64,000 nucleotides of DNA from Callorhinchus milii (Eukaryota), in assembly GCF_018977255.1 (NCBI RefSeq), contig NW_024704742.1, positions 28,894,001 through 28,958,000 of the forward strand. Direction: 5' to 3'. Of the stretch, positions 1 through 13,421 are shown piece by piece (position 1 is the stretch's first letter; every line of letters begins with the position of its first letter). The translations under genes and the position numbers were made by a program. The notes beneath the pieces were generated by a model. It worked only from the letters and a program-made list of their open reading frames with translations. It did not search any database and had not been told where the DNA came from.

Positions 1-3000
1 TATTCCGAGTAGCAGACATGACAAAGTAAATTTCTGCCAGTGGTTCATGCGAGCAGAAAATGTGTGATAGAACAGCAAATCCTAGGCAATGACATGAAGA
101 TATCTATGCCTTTGTGGAAGGTTGTCAGGTGCAGTCACTCTGCTACAAACTTTTCATAATTAAATCTTCTCTATGCGAAGGCAACAAGAGATCAAACTTC
201 AAATGAGGGACTTGAGAGATGTATACCTCACCAGATGAACTAGTAACATAAGAACAGCATTAATAGCATTAATTAAAGGCATATAATAATCCTTGGGTTT
301 GATATGGTGCCTTACCATGCATCGAGACTTCTCAAAGTGTTTCACAACTTTTTACTATTAAGTGTTGTATCTGCATTTATAGGCGAACACGGCAGCCAAT
401 TTGCGCACATCACTGTCCCATAAACAGCCACAAAGTGAATAACTGTTGGATTAACTTCACATCATGCTGTTTGTTGTTGGAGTGAGAGTAACGTTCATTT
501 ATTTCCTTTCTAATCATCTAGCGATGAAACAAAATGATTCTCTTAGTCAATGACGTTCAATGCTGAGAACTGTGAAGAAAGCCGATTGGAAATTCACACA
601 CTGCTTTCCACATGCGTTAAACTTTACGCACAAAACTGTACACCAGAAAACAGAAACCAATGTTTTTTATTCTTGTCATTTGTGAGTTTATTGGTCTGCA
701 AAAGCAAAAAGCACAATGACCTATTCCATTTTTAGGAGGTCAGCTGGGTGTCTGACACAGGTTAAACTCAACACCATGCTTAAGAGTAGCCAAATCAAAC
801 TAAGAGTGTGTCGCCTACGCATGGAAATTCCCATCTCTTGAATGGAATGCGTACTTTCTCCCTGGAGGGACCAGCCTCCTTAGCTAATTCTGGAGAGTAT
901 TAGGTGCAAGTTGACAAGAGCATGATGCACAAAAACAAATATTAAAAGAAGAAAATAAGTTGAACACTACCCCGACAAATTACAATTTAAAGTGGCTGAA
1001 TGGTTTCAAAATGGCAGCCAATCAATCTTTGAAAGCGTAAGTCTACAACAACCACTGTGTGTGAGGTCTGCTGCCACTTAGTGGCTGTTAAGTGTTTCAC
1101 ATTGAACACTGCAAACCCTATTTTATAATTATAACTGGCAATAAATGAATAGTCATGTCACACTAACGTTACCCTGCAGTTCCTTGTGGCACTATGTGTG
1201 CTGGTGATGTGTGAATTATTCCTTATTATGTAACAACAACAACTTGCATCTGTATAGCGCCCTAATGTCGGACGGCGTCTCAGAGCGCTTGTAACAATAC
1301 ACACAGCTTTCTTCATGTCTACGTAACTGCTTTTGTTATCCATGCAGCTAGGTTGGTTGCTGAGGATAAAGATTCCTTGCATTTTGATATAATGCCTTAT
1401 CACGTCATCAAGATATCTCAAAGTGTTTCGCAGGAATTTACTGTGACTGTGCATTTTGAACACTGCAGCCAATTGCAGTACATCAATGAACTGCAAAACA
1501 ACCATGACATGAATGACCAATGTTATTTGGAGGACTGTTGACCAGGACACCGGGAGAAAATCCCTTTTCTTTTTGAATAGTGCCATTTATAATGGATAGT
1601 TCCTGTGTGTCATTTTATTACAGGTTTTAAGGATTATTTTACTGGCTGATGCAGAGGATTGTACAGTTCAGTTTCTGTGTGTTATGACTAATTACGACAG
1701 AAAAATGTTCCTTCCTCTTCACTTTGCTAACTTCAGTGTCAGCTCTTTATGTTTTAAACAATGTGAGTTCTTCGTGAAAACTTTATAGATTTGTGATCTG
1801 AGACATATGATCTAGCGCAGATTAATCCTCATATTTCACCTTTGCAAAGGCCAAGCTGTTAGCTCTTCAGCAAAATAGGTCAGTTTAATGGCTCATTACT
1901 CACTATTACGCTCAATATGGAATACATTTATTTATTACCAGGGACACCCTAGTTCGCTTGCAAACCTGCTCAGAATATCTACCTGCCCAAGGACACCTAT
2001 TTGACACATTATTATAAAGAAGGGGATCTTTTGGTCCGTCAGATATCTGACAGTTATGGAAACCCATTTCCATACTTAAGAGTATCCAAACCAGATCGAG
2101 ACTTTCATTGTCTTCCTGGAGAGACATACTCTGCTAACTTATTCTATTTTCTATTCTGAAACATGAGATAATTCACCTAATCGTTGGTATGCAAAGCAAT
2201 TGCAGGCAAGTGCATTAAGTAATGGTAAATTAATTCCTCATCTATTGACTTCTATCATAATTCAATTTTAACTGTGGGTTTGATGAGCTAACGTCCAGAC
2301 CAAACCAGACCAATAGCTAACTGAAAGGCATCCTCAGCACACAATTACTGTTCAACTCAGTGTTCTAGCTTAAACATGAAATGGCACATGCTCTCCTGGG
2401 GAAATGTGAAAGCAAAGTGACAGTAGACTAATGTTTTACTCAGCAGCCATTTTTACAGATTGCGTTGAAACTGCTGTTGGCACGTTTTTCTTTGTAGGCT
2501 TAAATGATTATAAACGTATTGCCTCATAGAACTGTGATTAAATCAAAATGCATTATTGTACAATTATAGGATGAAAAGCCAAAATATCCCTTTGAATCTC
2601 ACTTAACTAGACAACTGATATGTATTAAAACTGATCTGATGTGGATTAAGTTAATCCAAATCATTTTAGTGGTTACAGCAGTGCAGTCAATGTTGGCACT
2701 TGGCTCTCACTGTTTGACTCTTACTCTAAAGACGATTTAGGACATTAGGAATTGTGTCAAAAATCCTGAGCAATATCACAGTCAGTGGAGTGCTCAAGAG
2801 TATGTGTGTACAGAGTGGAAAGTACTTCACAAGAGCACAAGATTGGTCTTCTTGAAGAAGGCTCTTCAGACCACCCGATTCCATCCCTCCAGAACCACTA
2901 CCCCACCATCCCCTCATCGCTGTATCAAGCTGCTTTTTAAATGGGTCCACTGTCCTGCCTCTACCACCTTTCCTGGCAACCTATTTGAGCCATTGATTGC

Positions 3001-3539
3001 CTCTGTGTAAAGAAAAGCTTCCTGCTATCTGTCCTGAAATTGCTTTTAAAACCCATGTCCTCATGTTCTACTGATTTGACGCATCCTAAAGTATTGATCT
3101 GAGCTTATTTTTTCAATCCCATTTGAATTTTTAGCAATATAGCCCAGCATCCTGCTTGCCTTGTTTATTGCTGCTTCACACTGTTTTGACATAGTGAACA
3201 ACAAGTCAACAACTAACAACGAACAAGTCAACTAACGTCCAGTGATCTCTGTAGGAAAATCCTGGTGTGGGTAGTAATAACAACAACAACTTGCATTTAT
3301 ATAGCACCCTTTAAGCGGAGTAGAATCTTGGACACTTAAATAATACACCTTGTATTTAATATGATGCTTACCACCTCACTGAGATGCCTCAAAGCGCTTC
3401 ACAGGATTTTCTGTCAATATATCTCTTGGGACTCGTATATCCTGGGAAACATAAATAAAAATAAGTGAATCAAACTACTATTGCCATCCATATCTGAGCA
3501 TTAGTGGGTTTACTGCCAATGCCAGAGGAGAAATGACCG

Positions 3540-3859
3540 TAATAATAATAATAATAATCCTTGCATTTGATATAGCGTTTTTCACGTCGGGAGGACGTCC
3601 CAAAGCGCTTCACAGAACACACTGTAAAGTGAATTGACTGTATATTTGTGGGCGAACGCGGCAGCCAATTGCACACAGCAATGTCCCACAAACAGTCGTA
3701 GATTGAAAATGACCAATTTATTATTGGTTTTGGTTTTGGAGGGATTATTATTAGGCGTGTGGAGTAAGGAAACTTGCCCAAGGATTCGCCCTCTGTCTGG
3801 AATTGAACTCAGGTCTCTCGCTTGCAAAGCGAGTGCTCTAACCAGTGAGCTACAGGACC
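3540..3859 (-). mobile_element. tRNA-derived SINE, short subfamily, full length
   Basis: Head with A/B boxes (TAGCTCACTGG; GTTCAATTCC), TTGCA anticodon-like loop, (ATT)n tail. Confidence 0.9.
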
Positions 3860-3974
3860 GTAGATACAAAGCTAAAGTAAAGACAAGAAAGGTTGAGATG
3901 GAGAGAGGATCATCTATCACAGCGATTTCATCAGCACCGCCTTTCCCCACAATGAATGAACCTTCTTTCCTACA

Positions 3975-4228
3975 GAGACCTGGGTTCGATTCCCGGCAGG
4001 GTGAAACTTTGGGTAAGTTTCCTTACTCCATATGCCTGATAATAATCCCTCAAGAAAAAACAATAATAAATTTGTCACTTCAATCCACGACTGTTTGTGG
4101 GACATTGCTTTGCGCAATTGGCTGCCGCATTTCGCCCACAACTATACAGTCAATTCACTTTACAGTCTATTCTGTGAAGCGCTTTGAGACATCTAGAAGA
4201 TGTGAAAAGCACTATATCAAATGCAAGG

Positions 4229-4290
<62 letters not shown>
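3975..4290 (+). mobile_element. tRNA-derived SINE, short subfamily, with expanded (ATT)n tail (4229-4290)
   Basis: GGTTCGATTCCC B box; body homologous to the other copies. Confidence 0.9.
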
Positions 4291-4292
<2 letters not shown>

Positions 4293-5646
4293 CAATGCTA
4301 TAGAAGCTGGCTCATGGTTGAATCCACACCATGTATGAAAATTGCCCAAACTGAACGTTTTCAGACAAATAGAAATTTTCATACAAACGTGAAAATTCTC
4401 AGTAGTTTGTGTTGGATTCTCTTCAGGGTGGCATTGCCTTCCGCACATTCAGACACACAGCTGACCAAACAGAAAGGGTAATATTCAGTGTGCACTTTGG
4501 CAAGTTTCTAATGGAAAATCTCAGTAAGTGCAAATTGTCAAACTTATTGGCACACATAGCAACACTTCGACAGGAATATATCCAACATCTTACATAAGCA
4601 TTTACATTTATTCTAGACAGTTGATTGAAGATCAGTCCTCTACCAGGAAAGAACACATAGGAATAATTAATTTCTAACTACATTTTTTACAATATACATG
4701 AAAGTATACGTTAAATTGTTATAAGTCAGTTGCTAAAAAAAATTCTTAATGAGTACATTTGAAAATGTATTATGTAAGGCAGATTTTGTCTGTTAATAAT
4801 CTCTCTGGGATATCATAGAATGATCTCTTCGAGTTAAGGAATTTCTATTTCTGTTAGTCCACAACCCTTGATCGACAGCAATATCTACAAAAATATCTAA
4901 TTACCAGAGAAAGTGTTTATTTTTATCATCTCAACAAATGAGTCACAACAACTTTCAAAGAAGTTCTCAATTACTTTGGAAAAAGATCTTTGCTTTCACC
5001 TTTCAACCCGATTACTGTCAGCTACAAATGTGGGCATTCCCTAAACGATATTTCATGTTCACTAATTCTTCTTCCAAGCATTTGAATCATTCATTAACTC
5101 AAAAAGAGTTGTGCTTTTGTTTAAGCATGGGGGGGGAAAGAGTTCTTTTTAAAGAATCAATTAATTGAAAAGCCCTATTTTACATTTTTCACATAATTTG
5201 TGGTTTCACTGGGAGCGATGGCAATATCAACTAGTATCTAAAGACTGTCAATTATTCCTACAAAGAAGTTATTGGCTGCATGCTACTACTTTGCAGCAGA
5301 ACAAGACCTGGCATGAGGGACTGCTAGATCATATTAGATATGTCTGTAATTGTAAAGTGTTAAAACCTGGAGGTGAAATGCTTTCAATCACCTAAAACAG
5401 GTGTGATGCCTTTACTGGCCAATGTTTTACATTCTCCTGGTAATAACATTGGCATAGCACAGAAAGAAAATTACACTCTGCCTGGCAAGGATAAGCTTAA
5501 TGACCCCCAAGCAACCAAAGAGAAGGTGACTTCTGCAGTGTTCATTTCACGCTCTCTGATTACCTGTAAAAGATATTTCTCTGCTGTGACAGAAATAAAG
5601 GGGTTGATTTGCCACACTAATACATTGATGGGGTAATGCTTTTAAA

Positions 5647-5725
5647 TTAGGGGAGCATGGGTCCAAAATTACATCTAGTCATATAGGCCATGACTAGATG
5701 GAATTTTGGACCCATGCTCCCCTAA
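5647..5725. repeat. Near-perfect fold-back palindrome (36 bp arms, 1 mismatch, 7 nt loop); probable miniature MITE
   Basis: TTAGGGGAGCATGGGTCCAAAATT(a)CATCTAGTCAT-ataggcc-ATGACTAGATG(g)AATTTTGGACCCATGCTCCCCTAA. Confidence 0.9.
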
Positions 5726-8299
5726 GTCCACTTTGCCTTAAAATTCAAATTTGTGCAGGATTGTGGAAAATTATTATCTGTTGTTGTCATTTGGAAGCTG
5801 GTTCCATTTTAAAACTTTTCAAAAAATGACTTCCAAGCCAATTTGGATTCACCCACATATTAAATGTAGGCTTGTCGGACTAGGAGGAAATTTCTGCAAC
5901 TATCTCCAATGGTGTCACCTGAGACTGCATCTATCAACAAGTATGAGGAGATCCAGAGTTAGAACCCTAGAAATTTACAGCAAAGAAGAAGATAATTTGA
6001 CCCATCATGTCTCTGACGACTCTTTGAAAGACCAATCCGTTCAGTCCCATTCACATGGTTTTCTCCAAATGCCCCTCAAATTGCTTTTCAGGTACCTGCA
6101 GGTAGATGTCTGAAAGACCCCATGAACAGCCATGGATGGGCATGACACCAGGAGAACCCCTCCACCCACTTCTGTTTTCAAATAGTGTCATGATATCTTT
6201 AAAAATCACCTGATAAACAGGCAGACGGGATCTTGATTTAACATCTGTTCAGAAAGACAGCTTTGACGATGCAGCACTCCCTAGGTACTGCAATAATGTG
6301 TCAATCAGACTGTCAGATAAAGTCCTCACACCCATAACCCTTCTGACTCAGAGGCAAAGTGCTATCAACCTAGCCAAACTGACCTTTTGACATTTTAAGC
6401 TCTGTATCAAATGCAAGGATTATTATCTAAATGTCACTGAGTAAGTATACATATTGTAAGAGCAGTTTTAGGTCCAGTTTATACAGCATATACAGTTTAT
6501 GCAACAAGTTGAAATCTTGCGTATGTGTATTGACTGTGTTCTGCATCATTTCACCTACACGTGTCCTGACTAATGTATACACGGATTAATTATTTAACAG
6601 CGATAGTGAAAATGAATAAATCTATGGTAATTTGTGTCGTAGAGGAACCCATATACTAACCTTTGTAATTCATTATCTAAAAAGAGCTGTGTTCTCAGAT
6701 TCTTCATGTTCATGTTCTTCGCTGTTCTCAGCCCTGTTCTAGCCAGCCCACACTCCATTCCCATCCTGACATTATTTATTCAACTCTTTTTCAAAGCAGA
6801 AGCAGAAATTATTCCCCAGAACTTGAATTTAATTTAAACTCTTGGGGAAAATATATAATTCTCATATTGTCTCCAGACTAATGAACCTATGATCAATTCA
6901 ATCTGTAATAAAAACATTACATTATCACAAAGGGTTTCTTAATAATGGCCACAGTGCATTGCTACCTTTTGCAGATCACAGCTCTACTCTCAGTTTGAGT
7001 GTACTACAAGGATAAGCTCAAGTCTGATCAGATCCTATGCTCTTGGGCGAAGAGGAGTCGAGCTGGCTCCAAGGCGACTTGCTTGGCAACAGAATGTTAG
7101 AATTGAGTCAATCCTCTGTGGTTGTCTTGGTAATCTGGTTTCTGAGCCAGGTGGATCTGCAGAACCCCATGATGACAGACAGCCAGCCTGGCTCAACAAC
7201 AGGACCTGTCACTGGGAGCAGGGATTCTTTCCATTCAGTTCCTGTCAATTCTGCAAGGCAAAGGGATAGGGTGGTCCAAGCTGGATAAGCAGCGGAAAGC
7301 TTGCCAAATATTGTTTCAATGGCAAGCTATGTGGCTTTAGCTGGTTAAGCTCCAACAGTACCCAATCACACTCTAGGGTCCCCAAGAATCCTGCCAACCT
7401 GACCCCAGCTCGGGTCCAGCGCCTTGGGACATCCTCCCAACGTGAAAGGCACTACAAATGTAATATTGTTGTTGTTGTTGATACTCTCTAAAATGTGATA
7501 AGCAGGTAAACAGGATGTGTCCCTCCGGGGAGAGAGTGGAATAAGAGAGTGCATATTCTATTCCACCCATGGGAATTTCCATGTATAGGTGGGTTGCAGA
7601 GAACTCTCAATCTGACTTTGATACTCTTAAGCATTGTGGTGAATTTCTGCATGTGACGGATACCCAGCTGAGCAAAAAAAAAGTAATGTCAGACAACAAC
7701 AATAACTTTGAACTATGTAGCACCCTTCACACCGGACCTGGTGTTGTCTTCTTGCTGTTGAATTTGGGGTCAGTGCCTGCTTGATATCCTTTAACAAAGG
7801 CTTAACAAGCTTTCATGTTGTTTTTTAAAATTGTTTGGCAAACGTGAGTTCACACCAGTATTTAAAAGAGTAAAATATCAAAGTAGCACCAAACAATTTG
7901 TTATGCATTGCAAAATAGTCATTAACATTAGCGACCTGATGAATCTCTCACTGCTAGTGTTTTCCTTTAAATAAAGGAGGCTATTTGTCCCTCTAACTTG
8001 TATTACAGATGTTGTAGTTTCTCATCAAAGTTTAATGTCCCGTGGGCCGCTTGAAACTGAGCAGAAATCTGTTCCAGCAAATGAAAGCTTCTCACAGTCT
8101 GGCATGTCCAGTGCTCATGCAAAAGATTAACACCCATACAAAACAGTTGAACCAGCACCACAGGCATATTGGAAACACAGTGTCAAACTGATTCACATGT
8201 GATGTACAATGGAATTTTTAAACGTCTATCTTATACCCAGTGTCTGGAGTGGTGGCAAATTTAACATTTGTTTGAATGGATTGCTAAAGACATTTATCC

Positions 8300-9245
8300 A
8301 CATCCCCAGTGCTATCAATCCCACTCCTCGTCTCCCACATTCTGCCACCAGTTGTCCCCTCTGCATCAGCCTATAAAATGTCCGCACTCTCTCCAATAAA
8401 ATATTCACCCGTATGCGGGTGACACCCAACTCTATATCTCTGCCTTCGACCCTCGACTCCAGGACCACTGCTGTCCTGACAGAATGTTTGTCAGACATCA
8501 AGTCCTGGATGAGAGGTAACTTTCTACACTTGAGCATCACAAGACCGAGGCTCTCCTGATTGGCTCCCGTCAGTGCCGCCACACCTCAAGCGCTGACAGT
8601 ATTCCCATCCATAGATGCACACTCCTCCTTATTAAGCCAGTCTGGAACCTTGGCATCTTGTTTGATCCTCAACTATCCTTTCTACCCCACATCCGTGCCA
8701 TGACCCGCTCCGCTTTCCCTCAACCTCAAGACCCTCATACATGCACTCATAACACCCAGTCTTGACTATGCAAACTCCCTGCTTGTCGGCCTACCCAACT
8801 CCTCACTCCATAAGCTGCAGATCATCCAGGACTCTGCACCAAGCTCCATGCCCTATCACCCTCATCCTCGCCTGATAAGGTTCAAGATCTTAGGCTCCAC
8901 AACAACAAAAGCAACAACTTGCACTCATATAGCACCCTTGATGCAGGGTAGCATCTCAGAGTGCTTTAAAGCTCATCTTCAAAGCCCTCCATGACTTTGC
9001 TCTCCCCTACCTCTGGGACCTCCTAACCCCCTACCCACCTGTCCACTCTCTCCGCTCAGTGGGCTCCGGTCTGATTCACCTCCCCTGCCTCACCCACCCC
9101 ACCATTGGTGGACAGGCCTTCAGTCACTCTGCCCCCACCCTCTGGAACTCCATCCCACAGTCCCTCCATCTCGCCTCCTCCCTTGCCTTCTTCAAGACCC
9201 ATCTCAAGACCCTCCTTTTCGACTGTGCCTTCGATCATCCTTTTT
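8300..9245 (+). mobile_element. L2-clade LINE, internally deleted
   Basis: NVRTLSNK (EN start) joined to YAGDTQLYL, then [23 protein letters not shown]. Confidence 0.85.
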
Positions 9246-9384
9246 GCTTTGCACCTTCTCATCCTGGCTTTAAAATTCTCTTCAAAATGTATCGCTATGA
9301 CTGTGGCTTTAGTCAACATTCTCAAATTCCACTTCCAGTCCTCAGTGTTCAATGGTCCCCATTGTCATTGTGAAGTGCTTTGAA

Positions 9385-9617
9385 GGGTTCATCATACAGT
9401 GCAATGGAATACTTTGCCTGAAAGGGTGGTGGAAGCTGATTCGAGAACAACTTTTAAGAGAGAAGTAGATAATTATTTGGGTAGGACAAGCTTGCAGAGC
9501 TATGCAGAGAGAGCAGGGGAATGGGATTTATTTGGATAGCTCTTTTAAAATAGCCAGAAAAGACACGATGGTCCGAATGGCCTACTTCTGTGCTATATAA
9601 TTCTATGATTCTATGAT
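9385..9617 (+). mobile_element. CR1 3' end; other CR1 fragments near 2920-3200(-), 5955-6090(-), 17960-18180(+), 31380-31790(+), 49060-49165(+), 58280-58510(+), 62200-62470(-)
   Basis: WN.LP..VVEA motif, GATGG.CCGAATGGCCT hairpin, (TTCTATGA)n tail. Confidence 0.8.
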
Positions 9618-9739
9618 GCAGGAAAGAAACTATATAAAAGCAACCCAACAGCCTTTGGCCCGTAATACACCATTATTGTCCACCTGAGTACACTAAGCAA
9701 TCAGACACTTCTCTATTCCTCATAAGCATTTGATTCTTA

Positions 9740-10155
9740 TACTAATATTCTTTGCATTTGATGTAACAAATCACTTTGTCAAGAAATCTCAAAGCATTTA
9801 TTTCATATAATATTACTATGAAGTGATTGTGTATTTGAAGACAAATGAGGCAGTCATTTTCACACAGCAATGTCCCACAAATAGGCATGAAGTGACTGAT
9901 CAGTTTTATCTGGGGGATTGGTGGCCAGGACAAGGAGAGAAATTCCCTTCTCTTTATGAGTAATGTCTTGGCATCTTTAAGGTCCACTGAACAGGCAATT
10001 TAATGTGTCATCCGAAGGACAGCAGTTCCAACAATGCAGCACTCCCATCAGCCCTGCACTGGTGTGTCAGCCAAGACAGAGTTCGAAGACCCAACATGGA
10101 ACTTGAACCCTCTGATTCAGGGCAAGAATACTATCAATTGAGCCAGGCCAACACC
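9740..10155 (-). mobile_element. Deu-domain SINE (SacSINE1/AmnSINE1-like); further copies near 1370-1590, 6140-6385, 10435-10690, 19815-20220, 24040-24225, 40900-41170, 47840-48140
   Basis: tRNA-like head, AAAGATCCCATGGCACTATT-type Deu core and GGGACATTGCTGTG...TGGCTGCC 3' region shared among copies. Confidence 0.7.
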
Positions 10156-12431
10156 TTCAGCAAATAACTGATAACCCCTTCAATTTACTGACATAATTTA
10201 CACGATGTATGTGTTGTCTCCTCCTTTGTTCTGTTCATCCTTGGTGGTGCCCTCAACAGTGGCTCCCGTCCTTTCACCTTGGCTTCAGTTGTTACCTTGC
10301 CTTCTCAAAGGTCAATGCCTGAGATCACAAATTAAGCAGAGGGATTACAAATCCTGTAATCATCATTATGACAAGATCACGTAGAGAATAGTACAGAATC
10401 ACCACCAAAGATCTGTACATTTACCTACAAATTAGATGGAGATATTAAACCATGGTCTCTTCTGCCTGTTTAGGTGGATGGTAAAGATCCTGTGACAGTA
10501 TCCTGGCCAACAATCCTCCAAATAAAACTGGTCATGACCGTTTGGGAGTTTGCTGTGTGCAAATTGGTTGCCGCATTATCCCACATATCACACAGTCATT
10601 GCACTACACAGTATATCATGTGAAACATTTTGAGATGTTCTCTTGATGTGAAAGGCGCTGTACCAAATGTAAGGATTATTACATTGTTATTATCATAAGC
10701 ATTGAATAACCATCAGTTTTCTGAGAGTGACATTCCCAATGATCCACTCAAGGGTTGAAACAATTTGTTTCATCTTAGTCAAATGGCCTCAAGGATTAAC
10801 CTAGTTTTTGATTAGCTTTGCTAATATCAGCTTTACATAGACCGGCATCATTCAGGTTGATCGGGACTATGGCAGGATTACAACAGACTTAAATGTGTAA
10901 CAAGCTTATGGTAACCAAAACTTGTTGTGGTCCTTGGATGTGAATATCAATTAAATTCTCTGAAATGACAGACTTTTCTTCCAGATGCTTTTCTGTAGCG
11001 AGCAAGCAAAGGATAACTCACGGTAGCTGCATGACATGTAGATACGTTATAAAGTATTAATGATAAATCAGTGTACAATTATAGAAGCTTTGCTCTGGCA
11101 AGAATATCAGGGTGGTTATATTCTTCTGTTTAAACTTCATCTCTCACTGGAAGATCTGTTCCACTGAGAAGAGAAAATAATAGTATTCATTTCAAAGGAA
11201 ATTTATTTTCTTGTGCAAAAAGAACTAAGGATCAAAGCACTCTGTATTTTCGTTGGACGAATATTTGCGTTTGGACTTGATAATGTATTTTAAGCAGTTA
11301 TCCTACAGTGTAAAAGTGAAGAGAGATCAACAACAAAGGCAGTGGTTCTTTTATAAAAGCTAACCTTGAAAGAGCCGAGTAGTAATGTGGTTTCGTTTTT
11401 TAAATCAATAACATGATTCAAGTCAGGGTGGAAAATAAATAAACAGAAAATCAGAACAACTTCCAATTTCCCAACCAGTCAGTAAATTGACTGGAATCAT
11501 TAATAATTGATTCCATGTAGACACAGGTTGTACGCCAAATAACCTCAAACACAAGGAAACAAATAATGTTTCTTTCGCTTCGCTTAATTCACAAGAGCTT
11601 CCCACAATGAGAGTGTGAGATTGTAGGCTCTGACCGTCCTGTTTCTAATGAATTCAGCACTCTAACCTAGCACACAGAAATTGTGTCTGTTTTTAAAAAC
11701 CTGTAACACATTAAATGAAGAGATTCAGAGGCCATCAAAAGGAAGGGATGAAAATAACAGTGTTATGATCAAAGTATGTTGCCAACGATAACAGTTTACA
11801 CTCATATAATGCTTTTCACGTCAGGAGGACATCCCAAAGTGCTTCACATAGCTGACTGGCAATGAGCACCTAGTTGGGGGAGAGAGAGATGCCCGAAAGT
11901 GCGGAGGAAAAGACAGGTTTCAGGGCAGGCGATAGGTCACTCTCAGGTTATGAGAAGACTTGCACGTTTTGTTCTCATGTTCAGAAGGCCTCCTATGTTT
12001 ATTGCATTGCACACTCCAACCCATTCATACAATGCAGGATAGGTCTTCCTGGAGTGCACAACTATGTGTTCTGACTCTCCAACCATCAGTAGATGTGGGT
12101 GTAGGGTTAATGTGGTTTGGGTTGCAGCTTTCAAGAGTCTAAAATATAGGTGCTCTGGAACTAAATTCCACAGGTTAAAATTGTAGACCGTGTCACATAA
12201 CTCGATCCAAATCAAGGGTGTGTTAGTAAATTTCTTTATTTGTCAATCCAAACATTCAATGATCTGCCACTCCAGACCATTCCCTTTGTCCCGCTCCCAG
12301 TGTCTTTTTGTACTTCACGCCCTTCTTCTTATTGGCTCTTTTGTTATTTGTCAATTTACAGTCAAAGCAGCAGTTGTTTTTACTAAAGCTCCATAGCAGC
12401 ACTTCAAGAGTTTACACGGAAATTTGAAAAG

Positions 12432-13421
12432 TGATGTTGGGATATGGCAATCCTGAGAGGTCAAATGACGACCCAACAATCCTCAAAGAGGTATGGTGTT
12501 TATTGATACAAGAATTAAAGAAAGATAGACAAGACAAAATACAATTAAAACATACTACCCCAATTCTAGTAGCTGTGGCGGACGATTCTCAAGTTGCTAG
12601 AGGTTTGAGTCTGGGCACTTCCCTCCTGTTCAGCTCTTCCTCCTTCCTACCCTCTTGCCCTGGTCTGAGTAGATAACATTCTCCAGACTTCAGCAACCTA
12701 TTTGTCCTGTCCCGGGTGATCAGTTGCCAACAGGACAAATGTTACTACTAATTTTGTTAATTTCTGGTTCTGACCTGATCGGGTTATATTATATACACAA
12801 TGTTTCCATCAACACATTCTTGGAGGCTTCTAACGGGATAAGTTGTCACCGTTATCTCTCTGTACTAGTCTCGAGATCTACCCTTTCTTTCAACTGTTCA
12901 TATGGTCTCATCTTTCAGTAATGTGTACATGCCCAGTACTTCGTTCCCCCAGCCTTCTCCAATACATTCTTATTCAGCTCATCCTCATTCAGGCCCTCCA
13001 TTTTGTATGTACCTTGAGTATCCAACGGTGATAAGCCACAGGACCAAGAATGCAACATTCTTGTTTTTAGCTTCACAGGTTTCTTTGAAGGTTTGATATG
13101 TGAGTGTTTGAGCAGCTGAATCACAAACTTGTGCCCACTTTGTTTATCCAGTGAGCTCACTACCCTTGAAGTGGTGACTACCAATTCACTCTTAGCCCTT
13201 TATCTGAGTATCCATGGTTTGGATCACAAAGCAAATGGTATATGAATGTTTGTCATTTAATTTCACCTAAAATATTCAGAATAAGACTAGGATTTCCAAG
13301 CTTTCCAAATTGTCATAAATGTGTTTTTTTATGAGTCTCCTTTCTGCCAATTGTAATTTGAAATCTGTCATACAAATTGTTACCTTATTGGTTAAAATTG
13401 AGGATTGGCCCTGTTTTGTAC
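12432..13421 (-). mobile_element. Possible solo LTR
   Basis: ~1 kb block unique in the window, bounded by TG...CA, with minus-strand AATAAA (~12498-12503) and a TATA-like run (~12784-12795); no TSD confirmed. Confidence 0.3.

Noticed and set aside
3634..4481. 234 aa and poly-Leu/poly-Tyr ORFs
   Set aside because: They span two SINEs and the (ATT)n tail.
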